64,000 nt of DNA from Candidatus Mycalebacterium zealandia (GTDB lineage Bacteria; Desulfobacterota_D; UBA1144; Nemesobacterales; Mycalebacteriaceae): the NCBI GenBank assembly GCA_014075295.1, contig CP046180.1, positions 698,458 through 762,457 of the forward strand, in the 5' to 3' direction. Position numbers and translations under genes: made by a program. The notes under the pieces are model-generated. The model ran no database searches, had not been told where the DNA came from, and saw only the letters and a program-made list of their open reading frames with translations. This document shows positions 46,132 to 55,170 of the stretch, one piece after another. Within the stretch, counting starts at the first letter, position 1; each line of letters starts with the position of its first letter.

Positions 46132-47400
46132 CTAATTTCTTGTCTGTCCGTTTCCTCTTACTACAAACTTTTCAGAGGTAAGTTCCTTAAGGCCCATGGG
46201 CCCGAAGGCGTGAATTTTTGTCGTGCTTATGCCTATCTCCGCTCCCATGCCGAGTTCACCGCCGTCATTAAACCGCGTTGAAGCATTGTGCATCACGGCT
46301 GATGACTCAACTCCGCGCAGAAAACGGCGTGCGTTTTCGGTGTTTTCGGTGATTATTGAATCAGTGTGCATTGAACCGTATTTGCTTATGTGGTCCATCG
46401 CTTCTTCAATATCTTTTACGACCCGTATTCCCAGAACAAGCCCAAGATGTTCCGTTTCCCAGTCCTTTTCAGTCGCCTTTTTGCAGTTTGCGACCAGCGC
46501 GGCGGTTTTCGGACATCCTTTCATGGTAACGTCGTTTTTCGTCATTTTCTCCGCTACCACGGGCAGAAAATTGGCGGCGGCTTTTTCATGCACAAGCATT
46601 GTTTCCATTGCGTTGCAAACCCCGGGGCGCTGAACCTTGGAGTTAACGCATATATCAACCGCCATATCAGTTTTGGCGGACTCGTCAACAAATATGTGAC
46701 AGATTCCCTTGTAGTGTTTGAGAACCGGTATTGACGAATTTTCGGCAACAAACCGTATAAGCGCCTCGCCGCCGCGCGGAATTATGAGGTCTATCAAGCC
46801 GTCAAGTTTGAGCATTTCCAAAACGTGTTTTCTGTCCGCGTCGGGAACCACGCTTACTGCGGACGGATTTATTCCGCAAGCGGACAAACAGTCGCTTATG
46901 ATTTTGCCGATGGCGATGTTTGAGCGCAAAGATTCCGATCCGCCCCTTAAAATTACCGAGTTTCCTGATTTCAGGCACAGAGCCGCCGAATCCGCTGTAA
47001 CGTTCGGCCTTGACTCATATACCATTCCAATCACGCCGAGCGGGATTCTCATTTTTTCAACGACAAGCCCGTTGGGTCTTTTCATGAACGGAACAACTTG
47101 CCCAACCGGGTCTTCAAGCCGCGCGACCTCCGCTATGCCTTCGGACATCTCTTCCACCCTTCTGTTGTCAATCATGAGCCGTTCGGCAAGCGCGCCGCCG
47201 GTTTTGTTTTTTTCCGCGTCTGCGAGATCTTTAGAGTTTTCCTCAAGTATCTCAGCGCGTCTTTTTATGAGTTCGGACGCAATTTTTTCAAGCGCGGCGT
47301 TTTTCGCTTCGGAATCAAAAACCGCAATCTCAGTCGCCGCCAGTCGCGCGTTGAGCGCGATTTTTTTGATAAAAGAGGATTTTGAAGGTTTTTCAGCCAT
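46132..47400 (-). CDS. proA: gamma-glutamyl phosphate reductase
   Basis: ALDH-fold ProA colinearity; start taken at MAEKPSK (47400). Confidence 0.9.
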   Translation of the reverse strand: MAEKPSKSSFIKKIALNARLAATEIAVFDSEAKNAALEKIASELIKRRAEILEENSKDLADAEKNKTGGALAERLMIDNRRVEEMSEGIAEVARLEDPVGQVVPFMKRPNGLVVEKMRIPLGVIGMVYESRPNVTADSAALCLKSGNSVILRGGSESLRSNIAIGKIISDCLSACGINPSAVSVVPDADRKHVLEMLKLDGLIDLIIPRGGEALIRFVAENSSIPVLKHYKGICHIFVDESAKTDMAVDICVNSKVQRPGVCNAMETMLVHEKAAANFLPVVAEKMTKNDVTMKGCPKTAALVANCKKATEKDWETEHLGLVLGIRVVKDIEEAMDHISKYGSMHTDSIITENTENARRFLRGVESSAVMHNASTRFNDGGELGMGAEIGISTTKIHAFGPMGLKELTSEKFVVRGNGQTRN

Positions 47401-47485
47401 GTCGTTAATGAATTCTATTCTACACGTTTTTATGGTGCGCCGGTCTTTCAAAGCGGCGGATTTCTTTGTATAACTGTTGAGCTTG

Positions 47486-48027
47486 ATGGCAAGAATTTTT
47501 GCTCCATTTTCCTTGTTTTATTCTTATCTGTTTCGGCTTGCGCGGAGACGGAATTATCAAAAGTTATAAAAACCGCCGGGCAGTCCGCTCAAAAGAGCGC
47601 CTCGGTTCAGCAAGATGTAAGCGCCGTTGACGACGAATTTGATGCTTTGTTGAGCAAATTCCGCGATGAAAACAGACGCATTGAAAATTTGCGTCTTTAC
47701 AACCGCCAACTTGAAATACGAATAAAAGACCAACTTGCCCTGATTGAGCAACTCAAAAAACTCGGACGCGACGCCGTGGAATTTGAAAAACAAATTCCCT
47801 CTCTTCTTCTGCAAATGATAGAGAGCCTTGAACAGTTTGCCGCCCTGGACATTCCTTTGCGTCCGGAAGAAAGAGCAAAGACAATAGATTCTTTGAAAAA
47901 ACTGATGGCGCGCGGCGATGTTTCAATAGTAGAGCAGTTTCGCAGGGTTTTTGACGCATATCTGGAAGAGATTGACTATGGCGCCACAATAGAATTTCAA
48001 CTCCTCTTGATTAAATTTTGTTCTTAA
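47486..48027 (+). pseudogene. lipoprotein, DUF3450-like periplasmic coiled-coil protein; apparent +1 frameshift in T5 run (47496-47500), or non-canonical start
   Basis: The frame carrying a convincing lipoprotein signal (IFLVLFLSVSAC lipobox, then AETELSK...) has no ATG/GTG/TTG; ATG at 47486 lies one frame off. With a T6 run the reading becomes MARIFCSIFLVLFLSVSAC... Confidence 0.45.
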
Positions 48028-48667
48028 GAAAATCGTAAACTTTCCCGGCTGATTCTTCCAGAGTTTCTTTGTGGGTTTCAATCACCATCTCCGGTTTTAC
48101 AGGTTCTTCGTAAGGGTCATCAATTCCCGTGAAACCTTTAATTTCACCCGCCCTGGCTTTTTTGTAGAGCCCTTTTACATCCCTCTTTTCGCATTCCTCA
48201 ACCGGACAGTGGACGAAAACCTCTATAAATTCTCCTTCTTCAACCAATTCTCTCACCATATCCCTGTCTTTTCTGTAGGGCGAAACAAATGCCGAAAGCG
48301 TTACAACACCCGCGTCAACAAAAAGCTTTGACACCTCGCCTATGCGCCTTATATTTTCAGCGCGGTCTTCTTCGGAAAAACCCAGCCCTTTGCACAGCCC
48401 CATTCTGATGTTGTCTCCGTCAAGAATGTAGGTTTTTACGCCTTCTTCCATAAGCTTTTTCTGCACTTCGCCCGCGAGCGTTGATTTCCCCGAAGACGGC
48501 AGACCCGTAAACCACACAATGACGGAGCCATGCCCGTTAGCCTTTCTCCTGTCGTCTTTGTTTATGGCGTGGTCGTGAGGAATAATGAATTTCTGTTCCA
48601 AATTAAACTCCTTCTGATTGCGTAAAGAAAGCAGAGGGTACAAGAGCAACTCTTTCCAGTCAAGCAC
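48011..48667 (-). CDS. cysC: adenylylsulfate (APS) kinase
   Basis: 218 aa; P-loop GLPSSGKST, DGDNIR, typical CysC core. Confidence 0.85.
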   Translation of the reverse strand: MLDWKELLLYPLLSLRNQKEFNLEQKFIIPHDHAINKDDRRKANGHGSVIVWFTGLPSSGKSTLAGEVQKKLMEEGVKTYILDGDNIRMGLCKGLGFSEEDRAENIRRIGEVSKLFVDAGVVTLSAFVSPYRKDRDMVRELVEEGEFIEVFVHCPVEECEKRDVKGLYKKARAGEIKGFTGIDDPYEEPVKPEMVIETHKETLEESAGKVYDFLKNKI

Positions 48668-48743
48668 ACGGGTGGTTGAGTTTGACAGTTTGCCGAGGAG
48701 TTAAGATACTATGCGCAAACTTTTGTCTTTTCGGAGGAAATGA

Positions 48744-49160
48744 ATGGAGCAGACTCTTTCAATAGTCAAGCCGGACGGCACATCAAACAACCTTGTGGGA
48801 AAAGTGGTTGGAATCTTTGAGGAGAACGGCATTTCGGTCGCCGCTTTGCGGATGGTGAGGATGACCAAAAAACAGGCGGAAGGATTTTACGCCGAGCATT
48901 CCGAACGCCCTTTCTTCGCGAGTTTGACCGATTTTATGTCGTCGGGACCTTGTGTTGTTATGGTTCTCAAAGGGGACGGAGCGATAGCGAAGGTCCGGAA
49001 AATTATGGGAGCGACGGATCCCGCGCAGGCGGATGAGGGAACCATAAGAAAAATGTACGCCGAGAGTGTTGAAAGGAATGTTGTTCACGGCTCGGACAGC
49101 CCGGAATCCGCGAAAAGAGAGATAGTGTATTTTTTCAATTCTCTTGAAATTTCCGGATAG
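48744..49160 (+). CDS. ndk: nucleoside diphosphate kinase
   Basis: 138 aa; NVVHGSDS active-site His region. Confidence 0.95.
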   Translation: MEQTLSIVKPDGTSNNLVGKVVGIFEENGISVAALRMVRMTKKQAEGFYAEHSERPFFASLTDFMSSGPCVVMVLKGDGAIAKVRKIMGATDPAQADEGTIRKMYAESVERNVVHGSDSPESAKREIVYFFNSLEISG

Positions 49161-49172
49161 TCAAACACGGTT

Positions 49173-50153
49173 TTGAAGTCTGAAGAAAACACAAGCGCGG
49201 ACAAACTTATTTTTCTCGTCAGAGGCAGGCAGACCCTTCTTGCGGACAGGTTTGTACAAGAGGTTTCAAAACGGTTTCTCGGAAGTGATGATTCCGGGGA
49301 GGTTCTTGTTTTCTATGCGGACGAAACGCCGGTTTCGGAGGTTCTCGCGAACGCGGCCAACCTTTCAATGTTTTCTTCGAAAAAGGTGGTTGTGCTCAAG
49401 CGCGCCGAAGCCATTGACAAGCAGTCACTTGAACTCATCAAAACATACGCCGCCGCTCCTTCAGCGCATGTTTGCCTTTTTCTTGTTTCCGGAGTTTCTT
49501 CAAAACCCGACCTTAAAGAAACGGACGGCGTTTTTATAAAAAGCGTTGAACAGGACCCGAGAAAAATCCATGAAATGGTGAGCGACGAAGCCGGACGCAT
49601 GGGGTTTTCGATGACAGCCGCCGACTCAAAATATCTTTGCGCGCTAACAGGCGAGGATTTAAGCATGATACGGAGCGAACTGGCAAAACTTGCCGAAATC
49701 CACCCTTCCGGAACCCACATAACCCGAAAAGAGATTGACGAAATGCTTAACCGGCGCAAAACAAGGGATGTGTTTGAATTGACAAACGCTATTGTGAACG
49801 GCGAAAAAAATCAGGCTCTCACCATCCTTGCCGAAATTTCATCACAAAATCAGATTGAGCCGCTGTTCATTCTGTCGGCCGTTTCCTCGCGGATTCGAAA
49901 TGTGCTCAAAGCGGCTGAAATAAGGTCCGGTTCGCGCGGGAAATCTCCTGAAGAGCAGAAAAAACTAATAGCGAAAGAGTTGAAGATAAAATCGGGCGCC
50001 GCGCATTTTATCTGGCAGCAATCGCGCAATTTCACTCAAAAACAATCCGCAGGTGTTCTGAAAAGCCTTGCCGAAACCGACAGGGCTCTAAAAACTTCAA
50101 GCGTGAACGGTTACGGAGTTATTGCCCGAATGACTGTTAATCTGCTGGCGTAG
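49173..50153 (+). CDS. holA: DNA polymerase III delta subunit
   Basis: 326 aa; HolA-like N-terminal fold (LIFLVRG, VLVFY) and C-terminal helical domain. Confidence 0.65.
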   Translation: MKSEENTSADKLIFLVRGRQTLLADRFVQEVSKRFLGSDDSGEVLVFYADETPVSEVLANAANLSMFSSKKVVVLKRAEAIDKQSLELIKTYAAAPSAHVCLFLVSGVSSKPDLKETDGVFIKSVEQDPRKIHEMVSDEAGRMGFSMTAADSKYLCALTGEDLSMIRSELAKLAEIHPSGTHITRKEIDEMLNRRKTRDVFELTNAIVNGEKNQALTILAEISSQNQIEPLFILSAVSSRIRNVLKAAEIRSGSRGKSPEEQKKLIAKELKIKSGAAHFIWQQSRNFTQKQSAGVLKSLAETDRALKTSSVNGYGVIARMTVNLLA

Positions 50154-50448
50154 CGGATTCGGTTGCGGGTTGCGTGGTTCCCTGAGAAATTATATGAAGT
50201 TTGCGGGACATTCTCGCCACATTTTTGGATGCGTTTTTCTTGTGAATAAGCCCTTTTGAAGCGGCTTTATCAAAAGCCGACACTAGTCCGCGGAAGATTG
50301 AACCCGCCGTGGAAACATCTTTTGCTTCAATTGCCTGAAGAAAGTCTTTCGTTTTTGTTCTCAAAGACGATTTAACAAATCTGTTCCGCGCTCTTTTTTT
50401 CAGACTTTGTCTGTGTTTCTTTTTGGCGGATTTTATGCGTAATGCCAT
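50137..50448 (-). CDS. rpsT: 30S ribosomal protein S20
   Basis: [22 protein letters not shown]...[11 protein letters not shown]; the track ORF is N-terminally over-extended. Confidence 0.85.
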   Translation of the reverse strand: MALRIKSAKKKHRQSLKKRARNRFVKSSLRTKTKDFLQAIEAKDVSTAGSIFRGLVSAFDKAASKGLIHKKNASKNVARMSRKLHIISQGTTQPATESATPAD

Positions 50449-50579
50449 TTTTGGATTCTTCTCCCGCTGATAAAGTCCGCACAGTATGCGGCTGCAAAAG
50501 TCTTTTGTCAAGAATACGCACGGCAATCTGCCGGGCGGCTTTGTTGTATGATAAACTCTGTGCCGGGAGACGACATCCG

Positions 50580-51227
50580 ATGAAAATTTTTCTTGATTCC
50601 GCAAGCATGAAAGAAATTAAGCACGCCGCTTCGCTGGGAGTGATAGACGGTGTTACGACAAATCCGAGCCTTGTTTCCGGAGAAGGCGCGCAAAAATCTT
50701 TTCCCGATTTGGTAAGGCAGATATGCCGAACCGTCAAAGGTCCCGTGAGCGCGGAGGTCATTTCCACTGACTACAAGGCAATGGTTGCCGAAGCCCGCTC
50801 ACTTGCGAAAATAGATGAGTTTGTGGTCGTAAAAATGCCTCTCACAGAAAACGGCATTAAAGCCACAAAAACAGTCTCGGACGAGGGAATTAATGTCAAT
50901 GTCACGCTAATTTTTTCAGCTTCTCAGGCGTTGCTTGCCGCCAAAGCCGGAGCCGCTTACGTGAGCCCGTTTATAGGCAGGCTAGATGATGTTTCCATGC
51001 GCGGGATGGATTTAATTGAGGATATTTCCCAGATATTTGCGAACTACGATTTTTCAACCGAAGTGCTTGTCGCAAGCGTGCGCCATCCGGTGCATGTCGT
51101 TGAATCCGCGCTTGCGGCGGCGGATGTTGTCACGCTTCCCTACAAGGTTTTAATGCAGATGTTCAAGCATCCGCTTTCTGACTTGGGGCTTGAGAGATTT
51201 CTCTCCGACTGGAAAAAGAAAAAATAA
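50580..51227 (+). CDS. tal: transaldolase / fructose-6-phosphate aldolase family (short type)
   Basis: MKIFLDSA..., TTNPSL, Schiff-base Lys region (VVVKMP); GGGAGA RBS; true start 50580 rather than track 50442. Confidence 0.85.
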   Translation: MKIFLDSASMKEIKHAASLGVIDGVTTNPSLVSGEGAQKSFPDLVRQICRTVKGPVSAEVISTDYKAMVAEARSLAKIDEFVVVKMPLTENGIKATKTVSDEGINVNVTLIFSASQALLAAKAGAAYVSPFIGRLDDVSMRGMDLIEDISQIFANYDFSTEVLVASVRHPVHVVESALAAADVVTLPYKVLMQMFKHPLSDLGLERFLSDWKKKK

Positions 51228-51231
51228 ACCG

Positions 51232-52056
51232 TCAAGCCACGCGTTCACAAAGATAGAGCGCGAGTTTTTCAAGCGTGGCTTTTTCTCCATCAAAACTTTT
51301 CAACTCTTTCAACGCTTTGCTCGTGAGTTCGCGGGTCTTTTTCTTGCCCACTTTTTCACGGGCCGGGTTGTTTGAATCAATCGCGTCATCAAGGGTTTGA
51401 AATGCAAGCCCCGCCGCTCTTGCGTATTTCGTGAGCGGCGCCATAGTTTTAGAGTTTGCTCCGCCTGAAATTGCTCCGCATTTAATCGCGGCTTCAAAAA
51501 GCGAGGCGGTTTTAAGGGAATGGATTTTTGAAATTCCGCGCGGGTTGGTGTTTTCCAAATCCATCATCTGCCCTACGGCCATTCCCGTTTTTCCCGCCAG
51601 AGAAGAAAGGATTTCAACCATTTTGACGATGGAAGAATCCGGAATTCCCGCCGCTTTTGCTTCAACCGCCAGAACTCCGAAAGAATCCGTGAGTAAAAGG
51701 TCGCCGGCGAGAATGGCTTTTGCCTCTCCGAAAATCTTGTGAGTGGAAGGCGCTCCTCTTCTCGTGTCATCATCGTCCATTGACGGCAAGTCGTCATGGA
51801 TTAGCGAATAGGTGTGAATCATCTCTATTGCGCAGGCGGCGGGCAGAGAGGTTTTGATGTTGCCGCCAACCGCGTGGCATGCCGCGACGCAAAGAGCCGG
51901 ACGTATTTTTTTTCCGTCTAAAAGAGTGTGAGCGACGGCGTCCGCGAGCCCCGGATGTTTTTTTCTTACGGACTTGATGTATTTTTCGAGAAGTTTATTG
52001 ACCCGCTTTTTTTTGTCCGCGATATAGCGCTCAATTTCGGAGGGTTTTCGTTTCAT
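51232..52056 (-). CDS. ispA: (2E,6E)-farnesyl diphosphate synthase
   Basis: DDxxD motifs (LIHDDLPSMDDDDTRRG; DD.D second motif). Confidence 0.85.
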   Translation of the reverse strand: MKRKPSEIERYIADKKKRVNKLLEKYIKSVRKKHPGLADAVAHTLLDGKKIRPALCVAACHAVGGNIKTSLPAACAIEMIHTYSLIHDDLPSMDDDDTRRGAPSTHKIFGEAKAILAGDLLLTDSFGVLAVEAKAAGIPDSSIVKMVEILSSLAGKTGMAVGQMMDLENTNPRGISKIHSLKTASLFEAAIKCGAISGGANSKTMAPLTKYARAAGLAFQTLDDAIDSNNPAREKVGKKKTRELTSKALKELKSFDGEKATLEKLALYLCERVA

Positions 52057-52253
52057 GAAGACCGTTTTCTGCCGGGTTTTTCTTCTCCGAGCGTCTCAAT
52101 TTTTTTTTCGGTTTCTTCAAGCAGTTCACGGCATTCCTTTATAAGTTTGATGCCCGTTTCAAAGTTCTGGATCATTTTTTCAAGGGGAATGTCCCGACTT
52201 TCAAGAGAGTCTGAGATGTCCTGTATTTTTTTCAGTTTTTTCTCAAACGACAT
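52053..52253 (-). CDS. xseB: exodeoxyribonuclease VII small subunit
   Basis: 66 aa; FE..L..LE.IV..LE...L.LE motif; 4-nt overlap with ispA. Confidence 0.8.
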   Translation of the reverse strand: MSFEKKLKKIQDISDSLESRDIPLEKMIQNFETGIKLIKECRELLEETEKKIETLGEEKPGRKRSS

Positions 52254-52266
52254 GGCGCGAAGAGAT

Positions 52267-52343
<77 letters not shown>

Positions 52344-52377
52344 ATAGACCCTAACTCTACACGCTTGAGCGTTCCGG

Positions 52378-53280
52378 TCAATTGCCGCCGCGCGCTTTTG
52401 ACATAACCATTTCGGCGATTTTAAATCCGGCCCCGGTGAAGTGTTTTTCATCCGTTTTGAGTTTCCCCGTGAAGATTTCGCCGCTTTCGTTCGCCATAAC
52501 GGCCACCACTTCAATGGAGTTTCCGTTTTTTCGCGCGTGACAGCCGGCGGGAATGTCGCAGTCTCCGCCGAGTTTCAGCAGGAAATCCCTTTCAATTTCA
52601 ACGCACACGCGAGACTGTTCGCACTCAACGCTTTTGAGTAAAAGCGCCGTTTCTGTGTCTTGCTCTCTGCACTCAACCGCAAGCGCGCCCTGCCCCGGAG
52701 CGGGAACAAAACTCATCGGATCCACACGGCTGCTGATTCTGTCATCAAGTTTCAACCTGTTTAGCGCCGCGGACGCGAGCATAACCGCGTCAAAATCTCC
52801 CGAATCCATTTTAGCTATTCGCGTCTCAATATTTCCGCGTAGCGGCTCCACCGAAAGATCCGGGCGCGCAGCGAGAATCTGGCAACTTCTTCTCAAACTG
52901 CCCGTGCCGATTTTCGCTCCTTTTTTTATAGATTCCAACTTGGAGCCGCTTGCCCCGGCGGGCATAACAACACAGTCGGAGGGGTCTTCCCTTTTCGGGA
53001 CGCATCCTATAATCAAACCGCCCGGCAGAACGGACGGCAGGTCTTTCATGCTGTGAACCGCTATGTCGATTGAGCCGTCAAGAAGAGCGTTTTCTATTTC
53101 TTTTATGAAAATTCCCTTGCCGCCGGATTGAGAAATTTCCCCGCCCCGCAAATCTCCCGAAGTTTTTATAAAAACAAATTCCGTTTCCAGCTCAGGAATT
53201 TTTTTTTGAAGAATTCCGCCCACTTCGGCGGCCTGAATTTTCGCGAGCGGGCTACCCCTGCTTCCGATTTTGATTTTCAT
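52378..53280 (-). CDS. hemC: hydroxymethylbilane synthase (porphobilinogen deaminase)
   Basis: MKIKIGSRGSPLA...; dipyrromethane cofactor Cys region; start at 53280, overlapping hemA end. Confidence 0.85.
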   Translation of the reverse strand: MKIKIGSRGSPLAKIQAAEVGGILQKKIPELETEFVFIKTSGDLRGGEISQSGGKGIFIKEIENALLDGSIDIAVHSMKDLPSVLPGGLIIGCVPKREDPSDCVVMPAGASGSKLESIKKGAKIGTGSLRRSCQILAARPDLSVEPLRGNIETRIAKMDSGDFDAVMLASAALNRLKLDDRISSRVDPMSFVPAPGQGALAVECREQDTETALLLKSVECEQSRVCVEIERDFLLKLGGDCDIPAGCHARKNGNSIEVVAVMANESGEIFTGKLKTDEKHFTGAGFKIAEMVMSKARGGN

Positions 53281-54595
53281 CTTCGGATGACTCCACGGAG
53301 GTTCCCGACAACTCAAAAAGGCTTCTCACGATTTCAACATAGGAAATTTGATTAGGCGCGTTCGCGGCGTCTTGTTTCAGTTTTGTAACGGGGGTGTGCA
53401 GAAATTTTCCGATCAGCGTGCGAGCCAGATTTTCAATCACTTTGTCCCGTTCCTCTTTGCCGAGTCCTGATTTTTCAATGGAGTCAATCTTCGCGATTGT
53501 TTTCAAAACCTCTTCACGCGCGGACTCTTCGGTTTTTCTTTTAAGTTCCACAATAAGCGGAAACGCTTTGAGTCCCTTATGCCAGAAAACAAACTTTTCG
53601 CCGGCGTTTTTTATCATTTCCTCCGCCCGGTCAAGGCTCTTGCGCATACTGTCAAGATTGTTGTCAATAATGTTGCGCAGGTCGTCCATGTCGTAGAGGA
53701 AAACGCCTTCAATGTTGCGGACTTTCGGATCAATGTCTCTGGGGAAAGCGATGTCAATTAATGAAACGGGCTTGTTTTTTCTAAGTTTCATGGTGTCCGA
53801 AAGGTCTCCATGTTTTAAGATGTAGCCCGCCGATCCGGTTGCGGAAATAACAATGTCGGTTTTTCTCAGCCACAAACCGATTTCTCCGAGCGTGAGCGTT
53901 TCAGCACCGAGAGATGAGGCGAGTTTTGCCGCTTCTATGGAGTTTCTCGCTGCGATTCTGATTTGCCCCGCTCCTCTTTTCGCGAGTTGAACCGCCGCGT
54001 CTTGAGCGGCTTCGCCCGTCCCCACTATCATCACGGAGCATTTTTCAATTTCGCCGAAAATGTTTCTCGCAAGTTTTGCGGCAACGGAACTGACTGAAAC
54101 CATATGCGAGCCGACTCCGGTTTCATTTTTTATTTTTTTTGTGGTCGCGAATGAACTTTGAAAAAGTTTGTTAAGAACCGTGCCGACCGTGCGGTTTTCA
54201 AGCGCGGTTTCATAAGCGCGTTTTAATTGCCCGAGAATCTGCGGCTCGCCGACCACCATTGAATCCATTCCCGCCGCTACTCTATGGAGATGGCATACGG
54301 CGTCCGTCCCCTCACGGAAATAAAACTTTTTTTCAATGAAATCGCTCTGAATCGTGTCATTGAATTCGCAAAGAAATTCTGAAATTTTGTCAAAACACTC
54401 GCTGTTATTTTCGCAAACCGCGTATATCTCCACCCTGTTGCAGGTTGAAACTATCACGCATTCGTTGATTGCCGGTTTTGACACAAGCGATAGCAAGGGG
54501 GCTGACAGCGGCATTTCACCGACAAATGATATTCTTTCCCGCTCCTCAATCGGAGAGGTTTTATGACTTATTCCGCAGACAACAACAGTGCTCAT
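53252..54595 (-). CDS. hemA: glutamyl-tRNA reductase
   Basis: 447 aa; N-terminal catalytic Cys (CNRVEIY), NADPH Rossmann (IVGTGEAA). Confidence 0.9.
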   Translation of the reverse strand: MSTVVVCGISHKTSPIEERERISFVGEMPLSAPLLSLVSKPAINECVIVSTCNRVEIYAVCENNSECFDKISEFLCEFNDTIQSDFIEKKFYFREGTDAVCHLHRVAAGMDSMVVGEPQILGQLKRAYETALENRTVGTVLNKLFQSSFATTKKIKNETGVGSHMVSVSSVAAKLARNIFGEIEKCSVMIVGTGEAAQDAAVQLAKRGAGQIRIAARNSIEAAKLASSLGAETLTLGEIGLWLRKTDIVISATGSAGYILKHGDLSDTMKLRKNKPVSLIDIAFPRDIDPKVRNIEGVFLYDMDDLRNIIDNNLDSMRKSLDRAEEMIKNAGEKFVFWHKGLKAFPLIVELKRKTEESAREEVLKTIAKIDSIEKSGLGKEERDKVIENLARTLIGKFLHTPVTKLKQDAANAPNQISYVEIVRSLFELSGTSVESSEDENQNRKQG

Positions 54596-54612
54596 AGCAA
54601 TAAAAAATTTTC

Positions 54613-55170
54613 CTATAGGCCATTTTCGCCAACGAGGTTCAAAAACTCCGCACGAGACCTCTCATCGCTTCTGAACAGCCCGTTCATTGAACTTGTTATC
54701 ATGTTTGCCCTTGATTTTTCCACTCCCCGCATTGCCATGCACAGATGATATCCTTTCATGACTACCGCCACACCTTTGGGTGAAAGCGCCTCCTTCAACA
54801 GGTTTGCTATCTGAACGGTCAGCCTTTCCTGAACCTGCAAACGTCTTGAAAACACTTCAATAATACGAGGTATCTTACTTAAACCAATAATTTTTTTGTT
54901 TGGGATATACGCAACATGACATCTTCCGAAGAATGGCAACATATGGTGTTCGCACATACTGTAGAATTCCACGTCCTTTACAACGACCATTTCATCGTAA
55001 TCTATCTCGTAAATGGCTTTACGGGCGATCTCAATCGGATCCTGATTGTATCCAATTGTTATTTCATTGAGCATTTTCTCAATGCGCTCCGGAGTGTCCT
55101 GAAGCCCTTCCCTTGAACAGTCTTCTCCAATCTCCGTGAGAATTTCCTTTACCGCTTTCTTAATTCCCAT
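54613..55170 (-). CDS. folE: GTP cyclohydrolase I
   Basis: 185 aa; CEHHMLPFFG...HVAYIP motif. Confidence 0.9.
   Translation of the reverse strand: MGIKKAVKEILTEIGEDCSREGLQDTPERIEKMLNEITIGYNQDPIEIARKAIYEIDYDEMVVVKDVEFYSMCEHHMLPFFGRCHVAYIPNKKIIGLSKIPRIIEVFSRRLQVQERLTVQIANLLKEALSPKGVAVVMKGYHLCMAMRGVEKSRANMITSSMNGLFRSDERSRAEFLNLVGENGL

Noticed and set aside
47486-47569. Short frame-2 ORF MARIFAPFSLFYSYLFRLARRRNYQKL as a stand-alone small protein
   Set aside because: A +1 shift in the T5 run joins this ATG to a convincing lipoprotein signal peptide and mature domain. The stand-alone peptide has no signal-like or conserved features.
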